Shown: positions 1-10,849 of the stretch, piece after piece | How the letters are laid out: each line of letters begins with the position of its first letter | Numbering within the stretch: position 1 is the first letter of the stretch | Origin: Rhodospirillales bacterium | GTDB taxonomy: Bacteria; Pseudomonadota; Alphaproteobacteria; Acetobacterales; Acetobacteraceae | Assembly (NCBI GenBank): GCA_031424895.1 | Contig: JANPIH010000119.1 | Span: forward strand, 38,441 to 102,440 | Length of the DNA: 64,000 bases | Reading direction: 5' to 3' | Made by a program: the position numbers and the translations under genes | Notes under the pieces: model-generated | Seen by the model: only the letters and a program-made list of their open reading frames with translations | The model's database searches: none | Told to the model about the DNA's origin: nothing

Positions 1-315
1 CGGCCGGGATGGCTTCGATCACCGCCAGTGTGTCAGCGATGCGCTGCTTCATCGAGCCGAAATTCGCTTCAACGTCCGGCAGGGTCGGGACTTCGTGCCC
101 GGCCAGGCGCAGTGCGCCGCCGCGGGCCATGTCGCAGGCGATCTGGATCTGGCGCCAGAGCGGGAACATATCCGGCGCGAGGCGGTCGTTGGCCAGGACC
201 GACGGGTCGACCTTCTTCGCCTCGGCGAAAGCCGCCGCCTTGTCGATATTGGCGGACAAGGCGCCGAGCAGGGTCTTCATCATCGGCACGGCGGCCGCAT
301 ACATCGTCATGGCCA

Positions 316-316
<1 letters not shown>
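1..316 (-). CDS. DUF1993-family protein, N-terminal part (gene runs off the window start)
   Basis: Reverse translation from the ATG at 316-314 stays open to position 1: MAMTMYAAAVPMMKTLLGALSANIDKAAAFAEAKKVDPSVLANDRLAPDMFPLWRQIQIACDMARGGALRLAGHEV... I recall this pattern as DUF1993. The start shares one base with the argG stop (TAATG). It is absent from the ORF track because no stop lies inside the window. Confidence 0.55.
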
Positions 317-1545
<1,229 letters not shown>

Positions 1546-1744
1546 GCCCGCGGCCCTCTCCGGCTGCCTGTCGATGGCGCGAGGTAGCACCGGGCGGGGT
1601 TGTTGCGCCAGAGCGTGATCGTCGGAGGCGAAATCGCCGGAGACGTGAATCACGCGATCAAGCAAAAACCTGGAGCATGGGCCGCGCTTCTATCGGCGCG
1701 GATCATGCTCCAGGTGGGTGGAAGGCGGGCAGGGCTGCGGAGGG

Positions 1745-1948
1745 TCAGAGCGGGGGCATCTGGCCCGGCAGGCCGGGCACGCCCGGCATCGGAATTTCAG
1801 GCCCGGGCTGCGACGGCGCCGGGATTTCGGGGCCGGGCAGGACGGGCGATGGCATCTCGGGCACGGGGTTGGCCGGCATCTCGTCTGGCGCGCCGGGGGT
1901 GGGCGGGTCTTGCGGTACGGGAATGCCTGGGGGAATCGACGTGGACAT
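1745..1948 (-). CDS. small proline-rich protein (67 aa) with repeated P-E-[IM]-P motifs
   Basis: ATG preceded by GGCAAGGAGACC (a good Shine-Dalgarno). Third codon positions are G/C-biased like real genes here. No family recognised. Confidence 0.4.
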   Translation of the reverse strand: MSTSIPPGIPVPQDPPTPGAPDEMPANPVPEMPSPVLPGPEIPAPSQPGPEIPMPGVPGLPGQMPPL

Positions 1949-1987
1949 GATGCGGTCTCCTTGCCCTGCCTCAACCCGCCCGCGGGC

Positions 1988-3175
1988 TTAGCGGTTCCGC
2001 CGCAGCACCAGTGACAGCCAGGCGCCGAACAGCAGGATCGCCGCCGCGTCGAACAGGAAGGCGCCCTGGTAGCCCAGCCGCGCGATCAGCCCGCCCATCG
2101 CCAGCGCGCCGATGCTTTGGCCGAGGAACAGCATCAGCGCGAAGGTGGCCACGGCGGTGGCGCGGGCGTGGGGCAGCATCTCGGTGGCGCGGGCCTGGAG
2201 CACGCCGTGCAGCAGGTAGAACCCCATGCCGATCGTCAGTTGCGCCGCCACCAGCGCCGGCACGAAGGCGTCGCGCGCCGGGAACAGCACCGTGGCAGCC
2301 ACGCCGGCGGCCATCATCGCGCCGCCCAGCAACACCATGCGCGGCTCGCCCAGCCGCGGCACCAGCACGCGGGCCGCGCGGATATAGGCGAGCGCGCCGA
2401 GCCCGAAACACGCCAGCACCAGCCCGACGGCGGCATAGGACAGGCCGAACGCCTCGTGCATGTACGGCGCCAGGAACGGGAAGCTGCCCATCAGCACCGC
2501 GCCATCGACCACGGCGGCGAAGAGGACCAGGCGGGCCATCGGCGAGCGGGCCATCGACAGGTAGTTGGACGCCGAGAACGTCGCGCCGCCGCGCCGGTCC
2601 GCCAGGGTGGCCATCCGCCGCGCCAGCACCACCGTGATCGCCGCCGTGCCCGCGGCCAGCAGCAGGAACACCCCGCGCCAGCCGAGGAACTGGCCGAACA
2701 CGCCGCCCAGCGGCCCGGCCATCACCTGGCCCATCACGGTGCCGTTGAGGTAGCGGCTGAGCATCACCTGGCGCTCGCGGTAGTCCACCGCATCGGCCAC
2801 ATAGGCCATGCCCAGCGGCACCACGGCGGCCGAGGCCCCGCCGGCGGCGATGCGCGCCAGCGTCAGCCCCTCCAGCGAGCCGGCCAGCGCGCAGGCGATG
2901 TTGGCCAGCGTCAGCAGTGCCAACGCCGCCGCCGTCACCCGCAGCTTGCCGAAGCGGTCGCCGAGCGGGCCGAGGAAAATCTGGCACAGGCCATACGGCA
3001 GGGTGAAGGCCGCCACCACCACGGCCAGTGCCGGGATGGTGGTGCCGAAATCCGACGCGATCACATGCAGCAGCGGGTCGGTCATCCGCATGCCGGTGAC
3101 CGACAGGAAGCCGGCCGTCGCCAGCAGCGCCAGCGGCAGCACGACCGGGGCAGGTTGGGTCATGCTGCATTGCAC
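1988..3175 (-). CDS. MFS transporter
   Basis: 395 aa with a hydrophobic profile of about 12 TM helices. MFS motif-A-like GPLGDRFGKLRV. An alternative start is MTQPAP at 3163. Confidence 0.8.
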   Translation of the reverse strand: MQCSMTQPAPVVLPLALLATAGFLSVTGMRMTDPLLHVIASDFGTTIPALAVVVAAFTLPYGLCQIFLGPLGDRFGKLRVTAAALALLTLANIACALAGSLEGLTLARIAAGGASAAVVPLGMAYVADAVDYRERQVMLSRYLNGTVMGQVMAGPLGGVFGQFLGWRGVFLLLAAGTAAITVVLARRMATLADRRGGATFSASNYLSMARSPMARLVLFAAVVDGAVLMGSFPFLAPYMHEAFGLSYAAVGLVLACFGLGALAYIRAARVLVPRLGEPRMVLLGGAMMAAGVAATVLFPARDAFVPALVAAQLTIGMGFYLLHGVLQARATEMLPHARATAVATFALMLFLGQSIGALAMGGLIARLGYQGAFLFDAAAILLFGAWLSLVLRRNR

Positions 3176-3257
3176 ACCGCCGCGCCGCGCGCCGCAAGCC
3201 GTTGACCGCGCGGGGCCGCGGCGCGAGCATCAGGCGGACACGCGCGAGGATTCCGCC

Positions 3258-3863
3258 ATGCCCCAGCCCAGCCACATCTCCGCCCTCGGCGTGCCCGACC
3301 CCGGCACGCTGGACGACGACCTCAAGACCATCTGGGCCAAGTGCGTGGAAAAGCTCGGCTTCGTGCCGAACGTGTACTCCACCTACAGCAAGCGCCCGCA
3401 GCGGCTGCGCCACTTCATGGCGATGTACAACGAGATCATGTACGCGCCCTCCGGCCTTTCGAAGCTGGAACGGGAGATGATCGCCGTCGTCGTCTCCTCG
3501 GCCAATCGCTGCTACTACTGCCTGGTCGCCCATGGTGCTGCGGTGCGGGCCCTGTCCGGCGACGCGGAACTGGGCGAGATGATGGCGCTCAACTACCGCG
3601 TGGCGAAGCTCGATCCCCGCCAGCGCGCGATGCTCGACTTCGCCTGGAAGATGACCACCACCCCCAACCTGGTCGACGACGCCGACCGCGAGGCGCTGCG
3701 TGGCCACGGGCTGTCGGAGGAAGACATCTTCGACCTGGCCGAGACGACGGCGTTCTTCAACCTGTCCAACCGGATGGCCTCGGCGACCGACATGATGCCG
3801 AACGCGGAATATCACCGCGCCGACCGCGGCACCCCGTTCGTCCCGCCGCCGCGCAAGGGTTGA
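3258..3863 (+). CDS. peroxidase-related / carboxymuconolactone decarboxylase (AhpD-like) family protein
   Basis: Starts MPQPSHISALGVP... inside ORF 2808..3863. AhpD-type CxxC-H motif (CYYCLVAH). The start is in frame with the track ORF. Confidence 0.75.
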   Translation: MPQPSHISALGVPDPGTLDDDLKTIWAKCVEKLGFVPNVYSTYSKRPQRLRHFMAMYNEIMYAPSGLSKLEREMIAVVVSSANRCYYCLVAHGAAVRALSGDAELGEMMALNYRVAKLDPRQRAMLDFAWKMTTTPNLVDDADREALRGHGLSEEDIFDLAETTAFFNLSNRMASATDMMPNAEYHRADRGTPFVPPPRKG

Positions 3864-3875
3864 TCGCCAATTGGA

Positions 3876-4030
3876 GAAGGAAAGGCCAGGGCTTTGCCGT
3901 CGCGGCGCGAAGCCGCGCCGCGGAGGACCCACCAAAGGCCGAGGGCCTTTGGAAACCCATTATTTTTCAGAGTAATAAGGTCCAGGGGCTTGGCCCCTGG
4001 CGGGTTTGGGCAGAGCCCAGCCTTGCCTTA
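3876..4030. repeat. Family B GC-rich palindromic intergenic element, copy B1 (inverted relative to B3)
   Basis: Its reverse complement aligns almost base-for-base with 13684-13835. Termini are GGCCAGGGCTTTGCC ... GGGCAGAGCCCAGCCTTGCC, with an AT-rich central loop (CATTATTTTTCAGAGTAATAAGG). Confidence 0.85.
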
Positions 4031-4039
4031 TCTTTGCGC

Positions 4040-4963
4040 TTACTTCAACACTCTCCGCAGCCACGCGCAGGCTTCGCGCATGGCTTCGGTCGCGGCGTCC
4101 ACTTGGCCGGCCCAGAACAGGAAGCCGTGGTTCATGCCTTCCCAGCGCGACAGTTCGGTTGGCACGTGGGCTTCCAGCAGACGTTCGGCATAGCGCACGC
4201 CTTCGTCGCGCAGCGGGTCGTATTCGGCCACCTGGATCAGCGCGGGCGGCAGGGTGGACAGGTTGGCGGCAACCAGCGGGGCGGCGTGCGGGTTGGTCGC
4301 GGCCGATGCGTCGGCGTAGTGGGCCCAGAACCATTCCATGGTGGCGCGGGTCAGGCCGTAGCCGTTGGCGTTCTCGGCGTAGGACGGCATGTCGGCCGAG
4401 CAGTGCGCCGTTGCCGGATAGATCAGCAACTGGCCTGCCAGCCTGGGGCCGCCCTCGTCGCGGATGCGCAGCGCGGTGACGGCGGCGAGGTTGCCGCCCG
4501 CGCTGTCCCCCGCCACCACGATGCGCGCGGGATCGCCGCCGAGTTCGCCGGCATGCGCCGCGACCCAGCGCGTGGCGGCCAGGCAGTCGTCGGGGGCGGC
4601 GGGGAAGCGGTGTTCGGGGGCGAGGCGGTAGTCCACCGACACCACCAGCACGCCCGCGCCGCCGCACAGGTTGCGGCACATGCCGTCATGGGTGTCCAGG
4701 CTGCACAGCACGAAGCCGCTGCCGTGGAAGAACACGACGACCGGGAACGGTCCGGTGCCTTCCGGCGTGTAGATGCGCAGCTTCAGCGCCCCGCCCGGCC
4801 CGTCGATCGCGCGTTCGGCGACATGGGCGATCGGGGCTGCGGGCGGCAGCACTTTGACCAGCGCCTCGTAGCGGGCGCGGGCCACGGGCACCGGCAGGGT
4901 GTGGGTGCCGGGCAGGTGCGCGGCGCGGTCGAGAATGGCCTGGATCTGCGGGTCGATGGGCAT
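4040..4963 (-). CDS. alpha/beta-hydrolase esterase/lipase (hormone-sensitive-lipase-like family)
   Basis: Starts MPIDPQIQAILDRAAH... after GGAGGCAGCC. HGSGF oxyanion motif and GDSAGG nucleophile elbow. Confidence 0.85.
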   Translation of the reverse strand: MPIDPQIQAILDRAAHLPGTHTLPVPVARARYEALVKVLPPAAPIAHVAERAIDGPGGALKLRIYTPEGTGPFPVVVFFHGSGFVLCSLDTHDGMCRNLCGGAGVLVVSVDYRLAPEHRFPAAPDDCLAATRWVAAHAGELGGDPARIVVAGDSAGGNLAAVTALRIRDEGGPRLAGQLLIYPATAHCSADMPSYAENANGYGLTRATMEWFWAHYADASAATNPHAAPLVAANLSTLPPALIQVAEYDPLRDEGVRYAERLLEAHVPTELSRWEGMNHGFLFWAGQVDAATEAMREACAWLRRVLK

Positions 4964-4974
4964 GGCTGCCTCCT

Positions 4975-5769
4975 TCACCAAATCGTGTAGCCGCCGTCGA
5001 TCAGCAGCGCGCTGCCGGTCATGTAGCGGGACGCGTCGCTGGCCAGGTAGAGCGCCAGCGGGCCGAGATCCTCCGGCTGGCCGGCATCGCCCATCGGAAC
5101 GCTGGCGCGGATACTGTCGATCATCGCGGGGTTCTCGCGCGCCCAGCGTCGGTTCGGCTCGGTCATGAAGAACCCGGGCAGGATGGCGTTCACCGTGATG
5201 CGGTGTGGCGCCCAGTCCGACGCCACCGCGCGGGTGAAATGGATCACCGCCGCCTTCGCCGTCTCGTAGTGGCGCCCGCCGATGCCGCGGTTGGCGATGA
5301 TGCCGCTCATCGAGGCGATGTTGATGACGCGCCCGCCCGCCGCCTCGCCCGCTTTCGAACGCGCCACCATCGCGCCGCCGATCAGCTTGGTGCAGACGAA
5401 GGTGCTGGTCAGGTTCAGGTCGATCATCGCCTGCCAGTCCGCGAGGGACTGGTCCTCGACCGGCACGTTGATGCGCCGGCCGCCGATGTTGTTGATCAGG
5501 ATGTCGATCGGCCCCAGCGCCAGCGCCGCCGCGCAGGCGCGCTCGCACCCCTCCGGCGTGCCGGCATCGCCTTCGATGGTCCAGCACTGCCGGCCGCGGG
5601 CGCGGATGTCGGCGGCGGTGGCGGCCAGGCTGTCCGCGTCGCGCCCGACCATCACCACATCCGCCCCGGCATCGGCCAGCGCCAGCGCCATCTCGCGGCC
5701 CAGCCCGCGGCTGCCCCCGGTGATGAACAGGCGCCTGCCGTCGAGGCGGAAGCGGTCGAGCACGGACAT
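4975..5769 (-). CDS. short-chain dehydrogenase/reductase (SDR)
   Basis: Starts MSVLDRFRLDGRRLFITGGSRGLG. TGGSRGLG cofactor motif and YETAK (YxxxK). Shine-Dalgarno CAGGAGGA lies upstream. Confidence 0.85.
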   Translation of the reverse strand: MSVLDRFRLDGRRLFITGGSRGLGREMALALADAGADVVMVGRDADSLAATAADIRARGRQCWTIEGDAGTPEGCERACAAALALGPIDILINNIGGRRINVPVEDQSLADWQAMIDLNLTSTFVCTKLIGGAMVARSKAGEAAGGRVINIASMSGIIANRGIGGRHYETAKAAVIHFTRAVASDWAPHRITVNAILPGFFMTEPNRRWARENPAMIDSIRASVPMGDAGQPEDLGPLALYLASDASRYMTGSALLIDGGYTIW

Positions 5770-5821
5770 GGTGAAATCCTCCTGCCCGGCACTGGACCAT
5801 CGCGGCGCAGGCGAGGCAATC

Positions 5822-5998
5822 GGCAAGCAAGGCTGGGCTTCGCCCAGACCCGCCTGGTCCGACGCGCGCCTTCGCGCGACGGGCCAAGCCCCTGGACCTT
5901 ATCCTATTGAAAAATATATGGGATCAAAGGGCCGCCGGCCCTTTGCGGGTCCCCGGCGGCGCGACTTCGCGTCGCGACGGCAGAGCCCTGGCCTTGTC
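5822..5998. repeat. Family B element, copy B2 (longest form, both internal hairpins present)
   Basis: GGCAAGCAAGGCTGGGCTTCGCCCAGACCCGCC ... CGCGCGCCTTCGCGCGACG ... CAAAGGGCCGCCGGCCCTTTG ... GGCGCGACTTCGCGTCGCGACGGCAGAGCCCTGGCCTTG. Confidence 0.85.
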
Positions 5999-6087
5999 TG
6001 CTTTGATGGGTTGAGAGTTCCAGGGATTGGTATAAATGGGCAGCCCTTCTGGAACCGAAGCTGGCTCGAGAGCGAAGGGAGCAAGGA

Positions 6088-6888
6088 ATGACCGACAACT
6101 TCGTTGCCATCGAGCGCGGCCTCGGCCCCAATGGCCGCATTGCGCTGGTGCGCTTCGACCGCGGCATTCGCGCCAACCCGCTCTCCACCGAGGCGATGCG
6201 CCAACTCCGCCGCGCCGCCGAGAGCTTCGAGGACGACATGGAAACCTCCGTCGTCATCCTTACCGGCAACGGCCACGCCTTCAGCGCCGGCGCCGACCTC
6301 AAGGACGCCCGCCCCGCCGGCCAATCGATTGCCGAGCGCATCCACCGCCAGCGCAACGGCCCCAAGATGTGCGCCGCCTGGGAACGCATGGAACAGGTGA
6401 CGATCGCCGCCATCGAGGGCTTCGCCATCGGCGGCGGCGCGGCGCTGGCCGTCTCGCTCGACTTCCGCTTCTGCGGCCGCTCCGCCCATTTCCGCATCCC
6501 GGAAGTGGAGCTGGGCATGAACATGTCCTGGGGCTCCATCCCGCGCATGATCGCCCTGATGGGCCCCGCCCGCACCAAGCAAGCCGTCATCCTGGCCAGC
6601 GACCGCATCCCCGCCGAGGACGCGCTGGCCTGGGGCCTGGTGGAGAACGTCGTGGACGACGGCCAGGCGCTCGACGCCGCCATGGCATTCGCCGGCCGCA
6701 TCGCCGAACAACCGCCGCTGCCGGTGCGCATGAGCAAAACCACCGTCAACCGGATCGCCTTCGCGCTGTCCGAATCGATCAGCCATATGGACCCGGATCA
6801 GAACGTGCTGTCGTCGCTCACCGAGGACTACGCGGAGGGGACGGCGGCGTTTCGGGAGAAGAGGAAGCCTAGATTCAAGGGGAGGTAA
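6088..6888 (+). CDS. enoyl-CoA hydratase/isomerase (crotonase) family protein
   Basis: 266 aa with the GNGHAFSAGADLKD crotonase motif. Shine-Dalgarno GGAGCAAGGA precedes the ATG. Confidence 0.85.
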   Translation: MTDNFVAIERGLGPNGRIALVRFDRGIRANPLSTEAMRQLRRAAESFEDDMETSVVILTGNGHAFSAGADLKDARPAGQSIAERIHRQRNGPKMCAAWERMEQVTIAAIEGFAIGGGAALAVSLDFRFCGRSAHFRIPEVELGMNMSWGSIPRMIALMGPARTKQAVILASDRIPAEDALAWGLVENVVDDGQALDAAMAFAGRIAEQPPLPVRMSKTTVNRIAFALSESISHMDPDQNVLSSLTEDYAEGTAAFREKRKPRFKGR

Positions 6889-7018
6889 GCACGTTCTTTT
6901 TTGAAAAAAAGAACCAAAAAACTTTTCCCACTTTGCACCGCGTTCAAACAATCGACTCCGATGCAAAGTGATAAATTGTCTTTTTGCTTCTTTTTCTTCA
7001 GAAAAAGAAGACTCTTTC
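6889..7018. repeat. Family A AT-rich nested-palindrome element, copy A1 (arms H1+H2)
   Basis: H1 GTTCTTTTTTGAAAAAAAGAAC at 6893-6914. H2 CTTCTTTTTCTTCAGAAAAAGAAG at 6987-7010. Central stem CACTTTGCA/TGCAAAGTG. It fills the whole gap between two convergent stop codons (6886-6888 and 7019-7021). Confidence 0.9.
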
Positions 7019-7555
7019 TTACGTCCCTGCCTCCAGCAAAAGCAGCAACCCTTCCAGCACCTCCTCCGGCGGTGGCGGGCAGCCGCGCACCACGAAGTCC
7101 ACCGGCAGCGTGGTGTCCACGCCGCCGGCCACGGCGTAGCTGCCTTTGAACACGCCGCCGTCGATGGCGCAGTCGCCGATGGCGATCACGAACTTGGGGT
7201 CCGGCGCCGCCTCCCACGCCGCCAGCAGCGGCGCTTGCAGTGCGCGCGTTACCGGCCCGGTCACCAGCAGCACTTCCGCCTGGCGCGGGCTGTCGACGAA
7301 GCGCAGGCCGAAGCGGGCGAGGTCGTAGACCACGCTGTCCAGCATCCGCAGCTCCAGCTCGCAGCCGCCGCAGCTGCCGGGGTTGAGGGCGTGCAGCGAC
7401 AGCCCGCGGCCCAGCCGGCGGATGCCGGCCGCCTCCAGCCGCGCCGCGAGGTCCCGGGCAGCTTCGGTGTCCACCGGGGCCAGCGGCCGCGCCGCCGGGC
7501 GGGCGCGCAGGTTGCGCCAGACCCGGCGCAGCGGCGAGGGCGCGTCGTCGGTCAC
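7019..7555 (-). CDS. NuoB/HycG-like small subunit of an Ehr/Hyf-like complex
   Basis: GTG start overlaps the upstream stop (GTGA at 7552-7555). All four cluster cysteines are retained: SCGGCE, GDCAIDGG, GCPPPPEE. Confidence 0.85.
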   Translation of the reverse strand: MTDDAPSPLRRVWRNLRARPAARPLAPVDTEAARDLAARLEAAGIRRLGRGLSLHALNPGSCGGCELELRMLDSVVYDLARFGLRFVDSPRQAEVLLVTGPVTRALQAPLLAAWEAAPDPKFVIAIGDCAIDGGVFKGSYAVAGGVDTTLPVDFVVRGCPPPPEEVLEGLLLLLEAGT

Positions 7556-9039
7556 TGATCCATCCCCGCGTGTGAAATGCCGAAGGAGGCGCGCAGCAAG
7601 GGCCAGTCCGCGAGGTCCGCGCCGCGGGCTGCACCTTCCAGCATCGGCAGGTGCAGCCAGCCGGGATCGCGCTGGAAGGCCTGGGCGATCTGCCCGCCCT
7701 CCAGGCGCAGCCAGGTCCAGATGCCGCCGCGCGGCCCCTCGGCCCAGCCGAAGCCCTCGCCGCTGACCATCGGCAGGGTGGCGACGATCTCGCCGGCCGG
7801 CAGCTCCGTCAGCGCGGTCCGGACCATGCGCGCCGAATCGCGCAACTCGGCCAGCCACACCAGCAGCCGCGCCGCCGCATCGCCGCCCACATCCCTTGGC
7901 GCATTCCTTGGTGCCTCGCGCACCGGCGCCACGTTGAGGTCGTGGTAGGGCCGATAGCCCGGACTGCGCCGCAGGTCCCCGGCCGCCCCGCAGGCCCGCC
8001 CGGACGGCCCGCCCGCCGAGAGCGCCATTGCCAGCTTGGGCGGCACCACGCCCAGGCCTTCCAGCCGGCGCAGCAGCGGGGCGCATAGCCGGCCCAGTTC
8101 GGCGAGGTCGCGCGCCACGGCGGCGGCGGCGGCGCGCATCGCCTCCACGCCCTCCGGCGCGATGTCGGTGGCCAGCCCGCCGGGCACCACCACGTCCATC
8201 ATCAGGCGGTGGCCGAACGCCCGCGTGCCGGCCCGCAGCAGCGCCTCCCGATGTGCCTGGCAGTGTGCTGCCACCAGCGGCGCGCCGGCGGCAGCGGCCA
8301 GGGCGGCGATGTCGGCCAGGTGCATCGCGATGCGCTCCGCCTCCGCACTCGCCGCGCGCAGGGCTAGCGCGCGCGGCGGCGGCAGCGTGTCGCTGGCGGC
8401 CTCGGCGGCGCGGGCGAAGGCGATGGCGTGCGCCACCGGCGCGTCCCCGGCCAGCCGGGCGGCGAAGCGGCTGGCGGCGCGGGGCGACTTGCCGCGCATC
8501 AGGGCCGGGATGCCCTTGTGCAGCCAGCCCAGCCGCGCCTGCACCCGCGCGATGCGTCCGCCGCGCACGAACAGACGGAACTGCCCGGCCTCGGCGATGC
8601 CGCCGGCCATAGGGCCAATCGGCACCTGGTCCATCCCTTCCACCGCGGCTTCCGGCGGCACCCCGGCGTGCGGCGGCGGGCGGGTGACGAGCGGGGTCGC
8701 GACCTCCCAGGCGCCATGGTCCAGCCAGGGCCGGTGGTCCAGCGCGCCGTCGGCCGCATGGCCCCACAGGTCGCGCAGTGCCCGCTCGAACAGGATTGCC
8801 CCGGGCCGCTGCGGCGACAGCGCCGGATAGCGCCCGTCGGCGACCGGGACCGAGACCGCCAGCATCCCCTCGGCATCGCGCCACAGCGCATGCACCGACA
8901 GTGCATCGCCCCACAGCGCCACGAGGGACAGCCCCGCCTCCGCCCCCAGCGCCGACCATTGCCCGGGCGAGACCGGGTGGCGCGGCCAGGGCCGGCACGG
9001 AAGGCCGCCCTGCGCGCGCAGGCTTGCCGCGAGGCCCAT
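7552..9039 (-). CDS. fused NuoC-NuoD/HycE-like large subunit lacking the NiFe-ligand cysteines
   Basis: Starts MGLAASLRAQ... NuoC-like segment FERALRDLWG. GPMAGGIAEAGQFRLF and GWLHKGIPALMRG match group-4 large-subunit motifs. The CxxC position reads ARLAGDAPVAHA, and the C-terminus is ...SFGISHAGMDQ with no Cys. Confidence 0.85.
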   Translation of the reverse strand: MGLAASLRAQGGLPCRPWPRHPVSPGQWSALGAEAGLSLVALWGDALSVHALWRDAEGMLAVSVPVADGRYPALSPQRPGAILFERALRDLWGHAADGALDHRPWLDHGAWEVATPLVTRPPPHAGVPPEAAVEGMDQVPIGPMAGGIAEAGQFRLFVRGGRIARVQARLGWLHKGIPALMRGKSPRAASRFAARLAGDAPVAHAIAFARAAEAASDTLPPPRALALRAASAEAERIAMHLADIAALAAAAGAPLVAAHCQAHREALLRAGTRAFGHRLMMDVVVPGGLATDIAPEGVEAMRAAAAAVARDLAELGRLCAPLLRRLEGLGVVPPKLAMALSAGGPSGRACGAAGDLRRSPGYRPYHDLNVAPVREAPRNAPRDVGGDAAARLLVWLAELRDSARMVRTALTELPAGEIVATLPMVSGEGFGWAEGPRGGIWTWLRLEGGQIAQAFQRDPGWLHLPMLEGAARGADLADWPLLRASFGISHAGMDQ

Positions 9040-10235
9040 CACAGCGCCGCCGCCAATAGGGCGAACCAGCGCGCCACACCCGGCACCACGCCTGCCGCCA
9101 CGCAAAGTGCCAGCACCAGCGCCGCGGGAATGTCCGCCAGCCCGGGTTTCCACGGCGCCTGCCACGCCGCCCATGCCGCGCGCGCCAGCCCGCCGGCCCC
9201 GGCCACCATCAGCCCTGCCAGCCCCAGCGCCAGCACCGCTGACACCTCAGCGGCCTCCACCAGCAGCGCCAGCCCTGCGCCGAACGCCGCGAACGGCGGC
9301 AGCAGCGCCAGCCCCGCCAGCGCCGCCGCGCGCACCCGCATGCTGCCCGCCATCGCCAGCGGACCCAGCAGCACCGACCCGCTCAGGAGCAGCAGCCCCG
9401 CCGCCATCGCCTCCGGCCCGCCCAGACCGAACCCGACTGTCGCCAGCCCCGTCCGGAACAACACCGCGTCCCTGGCCGGTTGCGCGCCATCGCGCCACAG
9501 CGACGCGGCGGCCCATCCGAGGCTGGCCAGCCCCAGCACCAGCAGCGCCGGCCCGGGCGCGACCATTTCGGGGTGTGCCATCGCGACCACTCGCCCGCGC
9601 AGCAGCACCAGCAGCGCCGCCGCCCCGAGCGCCGGCAATAGCATGTCGGCATGGCCGCGCCCGGCTACGCTCGCCCAGCCATGCAGCGGCGCCAACCCCG
9701 CCAGCGGCGCCAGCCCGGCGAGCAACAGGATCCAGCCGAGCGTCAGCACCCCGGGCGGCAGATCGGTCGCGGCCCCCAGCAGGAGGGCGCCGAACAACGC
9801 CAGTGCCAGCGCCGGCAGCACGGCGCGCAACGCCCGGCTTGTCGCAGCACCCCCGCCGGCACCCACCTGCAGCAGCGCCAGCACCGCGGCCTCCAGCCCG
9901 ACCCAGCCGAGCACCGGCGCATCGGCCAGCACGGCCAGTTGCAACCCGGCCAGCACGCCGAGCATCTGCCCCGCGCGAACGCCGGTCCAGGCACGCCCGA
10001 GCCATGCCCCCAGCAGCCCCGCCAGCGCGACCATGATGCCGATATGCGCCGCCAGCGCATCCACGCGCAGCCCCGCCACAGCACCCGGCCGCCATGGCAG
10101 CGTCGCGGCCAGCGCCAGCGTTACTCCCGCCGTGCCCAGCGCGCCCCATCGCACGAAATCGTCGCGCCGCACGAAGGACAGCGCCACGGCCCCCGCCGCC
10201 GGCACCGCGACCACCGCCCAGGCCAAGGCGCTCAC
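9039..10235 (-). CDS. NuoM/N- or HyfF-like antiporter-type membrane subunit (short form)
   Basis: GTG start overlaps the upstream stop (GTGA at 10232-10235). Strongly hydrophobic 398 aa. Its stop overlaps the large-subunit ATG by 1 nt (TGATG). Confidence 0.7.
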   Translation of the reverse strand: MSALAWAVVAVPAAGAVALSFVRRDDFVRWGALGTAGVTLALAATLPWRPGAVAGLRVDALAAHIGIMVALAGLLGAWLGRAWTGVRAGQMLGVLAGLQLAVLADAPVLGWVGLEAAVLALLQVGAGGGAATSRALRAVLPALALALFGALLLGAATDLPPGVLTLGWILLLAGLAPLAGLAPLHGWASVAGRGHADMLLPALGAAALLVLLRGRVVAMAHPEMVAPGPALLVLGLASLGWAAASLWRDGAQPARDAVLFRTGLATVGFGLGGPEAMAAGLLLLSGSVLLGPLAMAGSMRVRAAALAGLALLPPFAAFGAGLALLVEAAEVSAVLALGLAGLMVAGAGGLARAAWAAWQAPWKPGLADIPAALVLALCVAAGVVPGVARWFALLAAAL

Positions 10236-10849
10236 GACGTCTTTCCCGATGCTGTCGCGCGCGCTGTCATCAGGCGACGTATCGGCAGCACCATCGCCGC
10301 CGCCGGCAGCGCCAGCGTCGCCAGCGCGACCGCCGCCATGGCGGGGAACACCGGCACCGAGACCAGCGCCAGCACCAGCCCGTTCTCGATCATCAGCACG
10401 CCCGCCACCTGCCCGGCCGCGTCCCGCCGCAGCGCCGCCGCCAGCCAGCCCGCCAGCACCACCGCCGACGCCATTGCCAATCCGGGTCCCGCAACCGGCG
10501 CCACCACCACCAGCGCCAGCCCGGCCACCCCGACTCCGGCGGCAGCCAGCCCAACGGACAGGCCCGATCCATCTTCCTCCAGAACCGGCGCCAGGGCGCG
10601 CAACCCGCGCGGCAGCGCCACGGCCTTGACCGCAAGCGCCAGCGCCGCGACCGCCACGCCTTGCCAACTGCCTTGCAGCCAGGCCTGGGCGAGTGCGGCC
10701 AGCGCCAGGCACGCCGCCTGCGCCGCCACCAGCGCCCCGATCGGGCCGACGCGCCGCGCGATCAGCAGCGCCAGCGCCAGCACCAGCATCCCGGCCCCGG
10801 CAAGCGGCAGGGCGGCGCGCGCCGCCTCGTCGAGCCATACCGCGCTCAT
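10232..10849 (-). CDS. HyfE-like small membrane subunit
   Basis: Starts MSAVWLDEAARAALPLAGAGMLVLALALL... 205 aa, multi-TM. ATGA overlap with the upstream gene at 10846-10849. Confidence 0.65.
   Translation of the reverse strand: MSAVWLDEAARAALPLAGAGMLVLALALLIARRVGPIGALVAAQAACLALAALAQAWLQGSWQGVAVAALALAVKAVALPRGLRALAPVLEEDGSGLSVGLAAAGVGVAGLALVVVAPVAGPGLAMASAVVLAGWLAAALRRDAAGQVAGVLMIENGLVLALVSVPVFPAMAAVALATLALPAAAMVLPIRRLMTARATASGKTS

Noticed and set aside
1971-3935. 654-aa minus-strand ORF spanning the MFS and AhpD-like genes
   Set aside because: It is out of frame with the MFS transporter, antisense to the AhpD-like gene, and low complexity. It is a GC-rich shadow ORF.
6901-7149. Short ORFs encoding FFKKE / KKKQKD / ESSFSEEKEAK-type peptides (for example 6901..7149, 20143..20961 5' end, 37735..37938, 41476..41802, 44255..44593, 59145..59393)
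   Set aside because: They are translations of Family A repeat arms in various frames. The same DNA occurs in both orientations and the centre is not conserved at the protein level.
8428-10629. 733-aa plus-strand ORF, and similar long ORFs (9651..11507, 10094..11881, 11916..13625, 12698..13870)
   Set aside because: They are antisense or out of frame relative to the Ehr/Hyf-like membrane subunit genes. They have extreme Pro/Arg/Ala composition, whereas the minus-strand frames give coherent hydrophobic proteins joined by 4-nt overlaps.
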